From assembly GCA_039915085.1 (NCBI GenBank), contig JBDSOC010000074.1, positions 108 to 64,107 of the forward strand: a stretch of DNA of 64,000 nt. Reading direction: 5' to 3'. Source of the DNA: Chitinophagaceae bacterium. Lineage in GTDB: Bacteria > Bacteroidota > Bacteroidia > Chitinophagales > Chitinophagaceae. The position numbers were made by a program, and so were the translations under genes. A model generated the notes under the pieces. It was not told the origin of the DNA. It searched no databases and saw only the letters and a program-made list of their open reading frames with translations. Shown one piece after another: positions 1-9,072 of this stretch; the first letter of the stretch is position 1; every line of letters starts with the position of its first letter.

Positions 1-455
1 CCTCCCTCAATCCTTTTAATGTAATAGAGCCCGGTAAAAGACCACGGGTAACACTTACCCCTACGCTTGCCCTCAAAGATGGCAAGCCATTTTTATGTTT
101 TGGTGTGCAGGGCGGCGATACACAGGATCAAAACCTGCTCCAATTCTTTCTAAATATGACAGAGTTTGGTATGACTGTACAGGAAGCTACTGAAGCAGCT
201 AATTTCAACAGCAATCAGTTGTGGCTATCATTGGGCGGAGAAAAAAATGCTGACAGGCAGCCAAAGCCGGGAAGTATTATGTTACAAAGTGGTACGCCCG
301 ACTGGATTCGTAAAGATTTAAAACAGATGGGTTACACACTTACTTTTGAAGACCGCAGCAGTGGCCCCATTAATGCAATATATATTGACTGGAAGCATGG
401 CAGCCTATGGGGTGGCAGCAGTAACCATGGAGAAGATTATGGAATAGGATGGTAG
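1..455 (+). CDS. gamma-glutamyltransferase family protein, C-terminal part (5' end outside the window)
   Basis: The frame is open from base 3 with no stop. The translation ...NVIEPGKRPRVTLTPTLALKDGKPFLCFGVQGGDTQDQ... matches the small-subunit core of GGT/YwrD-like enzymes (PGKRP...P..., G.QGGD.Q.Q). Confidence 0.75.
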   Translation, partial: SLNPFNVIEPGKRPRVTLTPTLALKDGKPFLCFGVQGGDTQDQNLLQFFLNMTEFGMTVQEATEAANFNSNQLWLSLGGEKNADRQPKPGSIMLQSGTPDWIRKDLKQMGYTLTFEDRSSGPINAIYIDWKHGSLWGGSSNHGEDYGIGW

Positions 456-536
456 GTTCCGGAGCAATGCCTGTTAGTTAAAAATTGAATAAACAATTTA
501 ATAAACTTTGGGGCACACAGAACAACTGAACCTTTG

Positions 537-1679
537 CTACTTATACATTTTGGGCAGATCTTTTTCAAACCAGGTGTAAGGATCATTATAAAAAAGCATA
601 AAATCCGGGGCACTTAATTGTCCAGGAAAAGGCGCATAGAAATGCGTAGGACTGCGGGTATCATTGCGCCACACCAGTACATAACAAAGTTTTAGCGAAG
701 TCGTTTTCACAGCTTTTAATAATACAGCAGTCCACCACGCCGCATTGGGTATTGATTCAAGGCCTGTTTCTGTAAAAGCAGCGAGCTTATGATTTTTTTG
801 TGCGCAGGCACTTACTATTTTTAATTTCTGTATGCCCGCGGTAGTATCATATTTGCCGTTGCGGCCAAAATCTGCATAATCATCCATCCCCAGCAGATCT
901 ACCCATTCGTTTCCGGGATAACGGTCAAGATATTCTTCCTCAGAATTAAATTTACAATCCGGTGAAAACGCATAAATGAAATTATGAACCTGCAGGCTGT
1001 CCCTCAAATAAGCAACAGTAAAACGCCAGAGGCTGATAAACTCTTCTTTACTGCAATGCGATCTTCCCCACCAGAACCAGTCGCCATCAAATTCATGATA
1101 AGGCCGGAAGATCATCGGCACCAGTTGTCCGTCATTACCCTTCACGGTTTTAGCAAAGTCTCCTATTATTTTCAGGATACTTTTATATTTTTCGTGACTG
1201 CTTCCACCCGGAATTAAATAGCGCACAGCGGGCACTGAAACAGAATCGTTCCAGTTGAAACCACCCCCGGATAGCGGATTTGAAAAATGCCAGGCCACTG
1301 TTGTTACTCCACCCCTGTTGTAAGTGGCTGCAATACTTTTCTGCAATGACTTTTTTACTTTCCCTATTATACTATCCGGCAGGTTACTATTGGCCATGCC
1401 GCTAAAATCAGCACCTATCACCGCAGGATGGGAACCCGTAACGGATTTTACATCTGAACGATCTTCATCGCCCTGCCAGCCATGCCCATATTCTGTGGCA
1501 TGCTGATGTCCAAATAAAATATGTTTACCTGATAAATCATTCAAGTGGTGACACAATGCTTTTGTAGCAGTTGTGGCCTGTTTATCAATTAAAGCAACCC
1601 CGCTTTTTTGTGCAGATAAGAATGACGGGTAAAAAATGCAACAAATTGCAAATAAGGTAACCTGTTGTTTCATGTTCAA
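537..1679 (-). CDS. glycoside hydrolase family 26 (beta-mannanase-like), secreted
   Basis: There is an N-terminal signal peptide. The motifs WHFSNP and FRPYHEFDGDWFWWG are typical of GH26 (catalytic acid/base region). Confidence 0.8.
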   Translation of the reverse strand: MNMKQQVTLFAICCIFYPSFLSAQKSGVALIDKQATTATKALCHHLNDLSGKHILFGHQHATEYGHGWQGDEDRSDVKSVTGSHPAVIGADFSGMANSNLPDSIIGKVKKSLQKSIAATYNRGGVTTVAWHFSNPLSGGGFNWNDSVSVPAVRYLIPGGSSHEKYKSILKIIGDFAKTVKGNDGQLVPMIFRPYHEFDGDWFWWGRSHCSKEEFISLWRFTVAYLRDSLQVHNFIYAFSPDCKFNSEEEYLDRYPGNEWVDLLGMDDYADFGRNGKYDTTAGIQKLKIVSACAQKNHKLAAFTETGLESIPNAAWWTAVLLKAVKTTSLKLCYVLVWRNDTRSPTHFYAPFPGQLSAPDFMLFYNDPYTWFEKDLPKMYK

Positions 1680-1816
1680 ATTTATATTATACTAAATTGA
1701 TATTGTCAGGATACCAGTTTAAAAATATAAGCCAGAGGTATTAAAAAGCCATTAGTCATTGCCCAACCATGTTTGCTGGCATGATTTTTTTGAACATATA
1801 CCCAAAATAAATAATC

Positions 1817-2035
1817 ATGAAAAAACTAAATTTTATTGCCGCGCTGGCGCTAAGTGTTCTGTTTGTTACTGCCTGTGGTAACAATAATGGTGGCTCATCA
1901 ACCAGTACCGACAGTTCTGCAACTATAATACCTCCGCCAGATAACAGCAGCGCAACAAATCCTTCTCTTGCGGATACTGCCTATTCAAAGAATAATGATA
2001 CTACCATGATGAAGAAAGATTCCACAAAACATTAG
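1817..2035 (+). CDS. small Ser/Thr/Asn-rich lipoprotein, unknown function
   Basis: A signal peptide ends in the lipobox-like FVTAC. The remainder is low complexity. No family was recognised. Confidence 0.45.
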   Translation: MKKLNFIAALALSVLFVTACGNNNGGSSTSTDSSATIIPPPDNSSATNPSLADTAYSKNNDTTMMKKDSTKH

Positions 2036-2082
2036 TGGTTTATTGGGTAAAAACCACCACATGACACTACAGCCTGAAGGTA

Positions 2083-3219
2083 TTATCGTTTTGCCCTTTC
2101 TTCCATCTTAAGATCACTGTCAAAAGGGCTCTTGGTGAAAGGATAAACCATTTGTTTTAAGTACCCTTTTGGATAATAAGCCTCGTGCAATCCCGTACCT
2201 GCAGGCCATTCTTTGCCTGGTAAATAATAAGTGCCGAATATTTTATCAATAAATGGAAATATGGTAGCGAAATTTTTAGCGTAGTATTTTGGGTCTTCAC
2301 AATGATGCCAGTGATGGTACTGCGGCGTAGCAATGATATACTTTAAAAATCCAAAATTAATACGTGTATTGGCGTGAATGAGTACCGCATGTATGGCCAT
2401 AAAAACAATGTATGTATTAAAAGTAATGGTTGAAAAACCAAATACATACAGTGGAATAAATGCCATTGCCCTGGTAACAAAGATGTCTACAAAATGGGTA
2501 CGTGAGCCCGCCAGCCAGTCCATATTTATAGTGGAATGATGCACGGAGTGAAAGCGCCAGAGATAATGGTGGCTATGAAAGAAACGGTGTGCCCAGTACT
2601 GAAATAAATCCGTTACTACGAAAGCAAAAATCAATTCAATTATAAATGGCAGTTGCTGTACCCAAAGGTGCAATCCACCCAATCCTATCCATCCAAAAAA
2701 TACTTTGGCCGGTTGCTGGCTGATGGCCCCAAAAAACTGGATGAACAAATGGCTGATAACAAAATATAGCAGATCCGTTCGCCACTCCTCATGAAATTTA
2801 CTCTGCTTGAGATTTTTTGGAAATACCATTTCAATAGGAATAAAAATCACCGCCATCAATAAAAGATCAAGCAGCATCCAGTCAAGCCCCAAATGCCAGG
2901 CGGTTTTATCTACTGCCCTGCCCTGTACATTAAATCCTCCCATAACAATGGTTACCGTGCAAAGCAATAACCCAATTAATGCCCAGTGTTTTCTTTTACT
3001 CAGCAGGAAGCTAAGTAATGCAAAAAAGAAAGATGCAATAATAGTAGCGGTTAATAATATAGCCATTGATTTGCCGGTATACACTTCCCTGAATTCAGGT
3101 GACGTAAGCCATTCCGGAAACATGAAACAAAAAACAGCCAGGAAAGAAAGCAGGCCCAGGAAAATAGAGATATAGCCACTGATTTTTCCTTCTCCGAATC
3201 TAAATCGTTGTTGGGTCAT
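2083..3219 (-). CDS. fatty acid hydroxylase / sterol desaturase family membrane protein
   Basis: Several TM helices are followed by the di-iron histidine boxes HRFFHSHHYLWRFHSVHHS and HHWHH. Confidence 0.8.
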   Translation of the reverse strand: MTQQRFRFGEGKISGYISIFLGLLSFLAVFCFMFPEWLTSPEFREVYTGKSMAILLTATIIASFFFALLSFLLSKRKHWALIGLLLCTVTIVMGGFNVQGRAVDKTAWHLGLDWMLLDLLLMAVIFIPIEMVFPKNLKQSKFHEEWRTDLLYFVISHLFIQFFGAISQQPAKVFFGWIGLGGLHLWVQQLPFIIELIFAFVVTDLFQYWAHRFFHSHHYLWRFHSVHHSTINMDWLAGSRTHFVDIFVTRAMAFIPLYVFGFSTITFNTYIVFMAIHAVLIHANTRINFGFLKYIIATPQYHHWHHCEDPKYYAKNFATIFPFIDKIFGTYYLPGKEWPAGTGLHEAYYPKGYLKQMVYPFTKSPFDSDLKMEERAKR

Positions 3220-3362
3220 AAAAGGGTTTGTCTGTCAAATATAAAAATCATTCTGCCAAAATGAAAATATAGCGCTGTTGTTTGTGCAAATAATCAGCAA
3301 ATACACTTAAACAGTGGCGAATTGCATTTTAAACGTATTATTGCTTCACTAAATTATAGGAT

Positions 3363-5798
3363 ATGCCAGTAATAATTAATTGCAAACGGCTTGCTCTTTT
3401 ATTAATAATTCTTTTTATTGGCTGCAATGCATTTACACAACAGGTACGCCAGGTGGCTTTATTTAATGATAACTGGAAATTTTATAAAGGAGATATTACC
3501 GGTGCAGATAAAATATCTTTTAACGATAATGCATGGAGGCAAATAAATCTTCCGCACGACTGGAGTATTGAAGGACCTTTTGATGAGCAATGGGCCAGCG
3601 CTACTGCCTACCTGCCCGCTGGCATCGGGTGGTACCGTAAAACATTTGAAGTTCTTCCGGGCATGCGGTCAAAAAATATTTACCTGTATTTTGACGGTGT
3701 CTATAAAAACAGCGAGGTGTGGATCAACGGGCATTACCTGGGAAAAAGACCCAATGGCTGGACGCCTTTTCAATATGAGCTTACCAAATATTTGAATAAA
3801 ACCGGTAAGAACATTATTGCAGTTAAAGCAGATCATACTGAATTTGCAGACTCAAGATGGTATACAGGTTCCGGTATTTACCGCAATGTTTATCTTATTG
3901 CAAAAGACCCGGTTAGTATTGATTTATGGGGCGTAGGTTTTTCAACTCCCGTAATTACCGGAGAAAAAGCACTGGCAAAAATATTGGTATCGCTTACCAA
4001 TAATTCTTACGCCGCTGCTGAAGTAATTATAAAATGCAGGTTACTTAATAATAAAGGAATGCAGGTTGCCCAATCGGAGCAGACAATAAAAACTTCTGCA
4101 GGAAAAAACAGTAAAGCCAGTATTGATATGACTGTTACAAAACCTGTACGCTGGTCAATAGAGCAGCCTGCATTATATACTTTAAAAACTGATGTATATA
4201 GTGGCGGGAAAAAAATTGATGATGATGTGCAGGATGTTGGTTTCAGGCAAATAAAATTTGATGCAGACAAAGGATTTTTTCTTAATGGAGAAAACCTCAA
4301 GATCAAAGGCGTATGTATTCATGATGATGCAGGCGCTTTGGGTGTGGCCGTTCCCCGGGAAGTTTGGGAAAGAAGGTTGCATATTCTGAAGCAGGGCGGC
4401 TGTAATTCAGTACGCATGAGCCACAACCCGCATGCAGATTATTTATACGACCTGTGTGATAGTATGGGATTACTGGTAATGGATGAAGCATTTGATGAAT
4501 GGGAGCTGGGAAAAAATAAATGGATAAAAGGCTGGAATGTTGGAAAACCGGGCCAGGATGGTTACCATGAATATTTTAAAGAATGGGCCGATCGTGATTT
4601 GAGAGATATGGTTTTACGAAGCCGCAATCATCCGTCTGTTATTTTATGGAGCATTGGCAATGAAATTGACTATCCCAATGACCCTTACACGCATGAAGTA
4701 TTAAACACCGGAAATAACCCGCAGATATATGGCAAAGGTTTTTTGCCTGATCATCCTCCTGCAAGCCGCATGGGAGAAATCGCCAAACATCTTGTTCAGG
4801 TAGTTAAAGAAAATGACACAACGCGGCCTGTAACAGCAGCATTGGCCGGTGTTGTAATGTCAAATGAAACCACTTTCCCTGATGCACTGGATGTGGTTGG
4901 CTATAACTACCAGGAATTTCGCTATCCCGATGATCATAAAAAATACCCGGGGCGCATTATGTATGGCAGTGAGAATGGCCAGGGATTAAATGCGTGGACG
5001 CCGGTTGCAGACAATGATTATATCTCTGCGCAATATCTCTGGACAGGCATCGATTACCTGGGAGAAGCCCGCCAATGGCCATCCAGAAGTTCGGAAGCAG
5101 GATTGATTGATATGGCAGGATTTAAAAAGGCAGAATATTATTTCAGGCAGAGCTTGTGGACAGACGAACCTATGATTTATGCAGGCACATCTGCAATAGC
5201 TAAAAATAGCAGTAACAGGAGAGGTGGAAGAAATGCTGCACCGGTATGGAACTATAACCAGGGCGATAGCGTACGGGTAAATTGTTTTACAAATTGCGAT
5301 GAAGCAGAATTATTTCTGAATGGACAGTCTCTTGGGAAAATGATAGTAGCAGATACAAAGGAAAAAATACTTTCATGGGTAATTACTTATCAACCCGGCG
5401 AGTTGCTGGTGAAAGGATATAAAAAAGGCAACGAGGTAACTCATTATACATTAAAAACGGCGGATGAACCTTATGCTATTAAAGCCGTTGCAGATAAAAA
5501 TTCTTTTGATAAAAGCAAAAAACAACTGATCCATATTGAAATTAATATTGCAGATAAAAATGGCACCACTGTGTACAACGCAGAAAATGAAGTCACCATC
5601 AGTATAGAAGGGCCTGCAACATTATTGGGGCTTGAAAGCGGCAGTTCAATAAGTCATGAAGACTATAAGTCCAATAAGCGCAAAACTTTGCATGGAAAAT
5701 TACTGGCTTATATACAATCAATGCAAAAACCAGGAACAATAATTATAAAAATAGCTTCACCAGGATTAAAAGAACAGCTTTTAGAAATTAAAAATTAA
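3363..5798 (+). CDS. glycoside hydrolase family 2 (beta-galactosidase/beta-glucuronidase-like)
   Basis: 811 aa with a signal peptide. It has a sugar-binding N-domain (WRQINLPHDW), NHPSVILWSIGNE (acid/base Glu region), and MDEAFDEW. Confidence 0.85.
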   Translation: MPVIINCKRLALLLIILFIGCNAFTQQVRQVALFNDNWKFYKGDITGADKISFNDNAWRQINLPHDWSIEGPFDEQWASATAYLPAGIGWYRKTFEVLPGMRSKNIYLYFDGVYKNSEVWINGHYLGKRPNGWTPFQYELTKYLNKTGKNIIAVKADHTEFADSRWYTGSGIYRNVYLIAKDPVSIDLWGVGFSTPVITGEKALAKILVSLTNNSYAAAEVIIKCRLLNNKGMQVAQSEQTIKTSAGKNSKASIDMTVTKPVRWSIEQPALYTLKTDVYSGGKKIDDDVQDVGFRQIKFDADKGFFLNGENLKIKGVCIHDDAGALGVAVPREVWERRLHILKQGGCNSVRMSHNPHADYLYDLCDSMGLLVMDEAFDEWELGKNKWIKGWNVGKPGQDGYHEYFKEWADRDLRDMVLRSRNHPSVILWSIGNEIDYPNDPYTHEVLNTGNNPQIYGKGFLPDHPPASRMGEIAKHLVQVVKENDTTRPVTAALAGVVMSNETTFPDALDVVGYNYQEFRYPDDHKKYPGRIMYGSENGQGLNAWTPVADNDYISAQYLWTGIDYLGEARQWPSRSSEAGLIDMAGFKKAEYYFRQSLWTDEPMIYAGTSAIAKNSSNRRGGRNAAPVWNYNQGDSVRVNCFTNCDEAELFLNGQSLGKMIVADTKEKILSWVITYQPGELLVKGYKKGNEVTHYTLKTADEPYAIKAVADKNSFDKSKKQLIHIEINIADKNGTTVYNAENEVTISIEGPATLLGLESGSSISHEDYKSNKRKTLHGKLLAYIQSMQKPGTIIIKIASPGLKEQLLEIKN

Positions 5799-5802
5799 TA
5801 TA

Positions 5803-6024
5803 ATGTCAAAAACAAAAATTACAGTTAACAGCAATGGTTCATTAAGAATAGAAGGTGATTTTGAAGTAGTGGATAAAGCAGGTGCTGTATATAATTTACA
5901 GGGAAGAGAAATTGTGTCGTTTTGCCGTTGCGGCCTTTCTAAAAACAAACCTTTTTGCGATGGGTCACACAATGGTCATTTTGAACACAATGCTGTAGCG
6001 TTTGATTTACCGCCTAAAAAATAA
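5803..6024 (+). CDS. CDGSH iron-sulfur domain protein
   Basis: The motif CRCGLSKNKPFCDGSH is the CDGSH 2Fe-2S signature. The ATG lies 4 nt after the GH2 stop codon. Confidence 0.85.
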   Translation: MSKTKITVNSNGSLRIEGDFEVVDKAGAVYNLQGREIVSFCRCGLSKNKPFCDGSHNGHFEHNAVAFDLPPKK

Positions 6025-6308
6025 ATTGCCGCGTAAGTATTTGCAATGACCATAATGCTGTCTTCGCGGTTTTTTGTATGTATAACGGATTCTTTTATGG
6101 CCAGAAGCTTTAGCCAGTAATGTTAGAAATGCATTAACTCTATAGAATGTTATTTAGAGTTATGGACAGTGAAAAATAAATTTTTACCCCAATTAACCAC
6201 CACGACTAATATCATCCTGGTAAAAATTTACTGCGCTTAAAATATAATGTATCCTCATCCGTCTATCTTTTTATAACAATATTGTTATTCACTTAAAAAG
6301 TAACGAAG

Positions 6309-6707
6309 ATGGACTACAATCAGTCTTATGCCGCAAAAGGCAATCATTACGGAGGCAGGAGCCGGCATCCGCTTTACCGTTCTCAGCAGAGGGCCGCAGT
6401 AAATGTGTACAAAACAGACAGCAGTTATGAAATGCTGTTATTTGCGCCCGGGCGCATCAAAGAACATTTTCACCTGGATGTAAAAGGGAATGAGTTGATC
6501 ATTTCTTATACAGCACCTGAAGGATTTGCACGCCCGGACTGGATATTGCGTGAATACAGCCGCGGTGGATTTGAAAGAACATTTACGCTTGATGAAAGCG
6601 TTGACACAGCAAACATCAGTGCCAGATATGTGGATGGTGTTTTACAGGTGAGTATGCCCATTATTGCTGGAAAAGAAACAGAGAAACAGGAAATAGCAAT
6701 CAGCTGA
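6309..6707 (+). CDS. Hsp20/alpha-crystallin family small heat-shock protein
   Basis: The alpha-crystallin domain pattern (...FERTFTLDESVD...ISARYVDGVLQVSMP...) is present. Confidence 0.8.
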   Translation: MDYNQSYAAKGNHYGGRSRHPLYRSQQRAAVNVYKTDSSYEMLLFAPGRIKEHFHLDVKGNELIISYTAPEGFARPDWILREYSRGGFERTFTLDESVDTANISARYVDGVLQVSMPIIAGKETEKQEIAIS

Positions 6708-6726
6708 TTGGCTTAAATGTCACATT

Positions 6727-6764
6727 AAAGAGGTGACAGCAATAAATGCTGTTACCTCTTTTTA
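6727..6764 (+). terminator. rho-independent terminator after the hsp20 gene
   Basis: A 13-bp stem, aagaggtgacagc / gctgttacctctt (one G-U pair), with a 7-nt loop, is followed by TTT. Confidence 0.75.
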
Positions 6765-6859
6765 TAAATACTACCTTTACCAGGATCATTCCTGCTTCCT
6801 GAACATCATTCCCCTTTTCTTTAAAGTCCTGGCGAAAAAATAAAACATCATAATATATC

Positions 6860-8764
6860 ATGGCCCGCGGAAATAGCTTTAACAGCAACGGAAAACAAAA
6901 GGACGAAACACCGAAAGCAAAAATATCCAAAGAAAATCTGCGGGAAGCGCTGGTGCTTTTTTCTTATCTGAAACCATATAAGAGCAAATTTATTTTAAGC
7001 CTGGTCTTTATTGCATTGTCTGCATTTACTACCAGCTTGTTTCCATTATTTTTAGGAAAGATGATCGATGCCGCATCTCCGGGTGCAGGCAATAATATTA
7101 TAAGCGGAGGCGGTACAGGCGTACTGAAAGGCTTCAGTCTTAAAAATATTCACTGGAGCCTAAACACTACCCTGTTGCTGATTTTTATACAGCTTACCAT
7201 TCAAACTATATTTTCTTACCTGCGTGTGTACCTGCTGACAGAAGTGGGAGAAAAATCATTGGCAGATATGCGGAGGGATGTTTACAGCAAATTGTTAAGT
7301 ATGCCCATGTCATTTTTTTCAGAAAAAAGAGTGGGAGAATTAAGTAACCGTATATCCTCAGACTTGTCGCAAATACAGGATGCCATTTCTTTTACGCTGG
7401 CCGAATTCTTACGTGGTATTTTTACTTTAATCATCGGGCTGGTCTTTATTTTTCTTATAAGTCCCAGGCTGGCCCTGGTAATGCTTTCTGTGGTACCGGT
7501 TATTGCTGTACTGGCGGTAATCTTTGGTAAACGCATTCGCAAAAAAGCACGCAAGGCGCAGGATCAGCTGGCAGAAAGTGGCACCATTGTGCAGGAAACT
7601 TTTCATGGTATTACGGTCGTGAAGGCTTTTACAACAGAATTTTATGAAATTGGCCGGTATATTAAAAGTGTATATGCAGTAGTTGATACAGCCATTTCCA
7701 ATGCACGTTACCGTGGAGCCTTTGTTTCTTTTATGATCTTCAGCGTGTTTGGTGCAATTGCTTTTGTGATTTGGTATGGTGCAGGTTTAATACAGTCCGG
7801 GCAGCTTAGTGTAGGCCTGCTGGTTATGTTTGTTGTTTTTTCAGGATTTGTAGGCGGCACATTTGCAGGGTTTGCCGATATGTTCAGCCAGTTGCAAAAA
7901 ACATTGGGCGCAACGCAAAGTGTAAGAGAAATATTACGCAGCAAGGGAGAAGCCATTGATGCGGGACAAACCATTGTTGAACCCGCATATAAACTCAATG
8001 GCAATGTTCGTTTTGATCATGTGTCGTTTAGTTATCCTGGTAGAAAAGAAGTACCGGTATTAAAAGAGCTTTCATTGTCAGCATCCAACGGACAACAAAT
8101 TGCTATTGTGGGCCCCAGCGGCGCAGGCAAAACAACCATTGCTGCGTTATTACTGCATTTTTATGAACCGGATGCGGGTAAAGTATTGTTTGATGAAAGG
8201 CCGGCAGCTATGTTTCCGCTTACACAACTGCGCATGCAAATGGCATTGGTGCCGCAGGAAGTTATTTTATTTGGCGGCAGCATCAGGGAAAATATTGTAT
8301 ATGGAAAACCCGGTGCCACTGAAGCAGAAGTTACAGATGCCGCAAAAAAAGCAAATGCACACGAATTTATTGAACGTTTTCCTGAACAATATGATACCAT
8401 TGTAGGCGAGCGCGGTATTAAATTAAGCGGCGGGCAAAGGCAGCGTGTAGCTATTGCAAGGGCCATCCTGAAAGACCCTGCTATTTTAATATTGGATGAG
8501 GCCACTTCTTCATTAGACAGCGAAAGTGAACAACTGGTGCAGGATGCATTGGAAAATCTGATGAAGGGACGGACCTCTTTTGTAATTGCACACCGCCTTT
8601 CCACGATACGAAATGCCGATAAAATAATTGTAATTGACCGGGGAACAGTTATTGAATCAGGATCTCACACACAACTTATGAATCACAACGGCCTTTACCG
8701 GAAATTAAATGAAATGCAATTTGATTTTGGAGCAATAACGCAGTCACCTGCAGCAGAACTATGA
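6860..8764 (+). CDS. ABC transporter, fused permease/ATP-binding protein (MsbA/ABCB exporter type)
   Basis: A six-TM exporter domain is followed by Walker A GPSGAGKTT, the signature LSGGQRQR and Walker B ILILDEATS. Confidence 0.9.
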   Translation: MARGNSFNSNGKQKDETPKAKISKENLREALVLFSYLKPYKSKFILSLVFIALSAFTTSLFPLFLGKMIDAASPGAGNNIISGGGTGVLKGFSLKNIHWSLNTTLLLIFIQLTIQTIFSYLRVYLLTEVGEKSLADMRRDVYSKLLSMPMSFFSEKRVGELSNRISSDLSQIQDAISFTLAEFLRGIFTLIIGLVFIFLISPRLALVMLSVVPVIAVLAVIFGKRIRKKARKAQDQLAESGTIVQETFHGITVVKAFTTEFYEIGRYIKSVYAVVDTAISNARYRGAFVSFMIFSVFGAIAFVIWYGAGLIQSGQLSVGLLVMFVVFSGFVGGTFAGFADMFSQLQKTLGATQSVREILRSKGEAIDAGQTIVEPAYKLNGNVRFDHVSFSYPGRKEVPVLKELSLSASNGQQIAIVGPSGAGKTTIAALLLHFYEPDAGKVLFDERPAAMFPLTQLRMQMALVPQEVILFGGSIRENIVYGKPGATEAEVTDAAKKANAHEFIERFPEQYDTIVGERGIKLSGGQRQRVAIARAILKDPAILILDEATSSLDSESEQLVQDALENLMKGRTSFVIAHRLSTIRNADKIIVIDRGTVIESGSHTQLMNHNGLYRKLNEMQFDFGAITQSPAAEL

Positions 8765-8791
8765 TATAACCCAAATAGTATTCATTGCACC

Positions 8792-8828
8792 CAACATTAA
8801 TTTCCCATTAAAAATTGAATGTTGTTTA
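8792..8828 (+). terminator. possible AT-rich terminator hairpin after the ABC transporter gene
   Basis: The arms caacattaattt ... aaattgaatgttg form an imperfect stem with one bulge, followed by TTT. This is a weak call. Confidence 0.35.
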
Positions 8829-9072
8829 ACCAGGCTGGCGTCATTCATCCTGTTAGTATTCAACAATTTTCTGCTAAGAGCAATATCATTCTTATAATTT
8901 TCCTAAACTTTATGAACGGTAATCTATGGTCTTTTCATCACTGGCTATAAGTATTATATTCGCGCATATTTTCAAACCTTCCTTACAAACTGTTTTCCCG
9001 GACATTAATCATTTCAGTTTCTGACAATTCCAATTATTCTTGTCAGGGCAACTGGTAACTCCAATACTTAAC

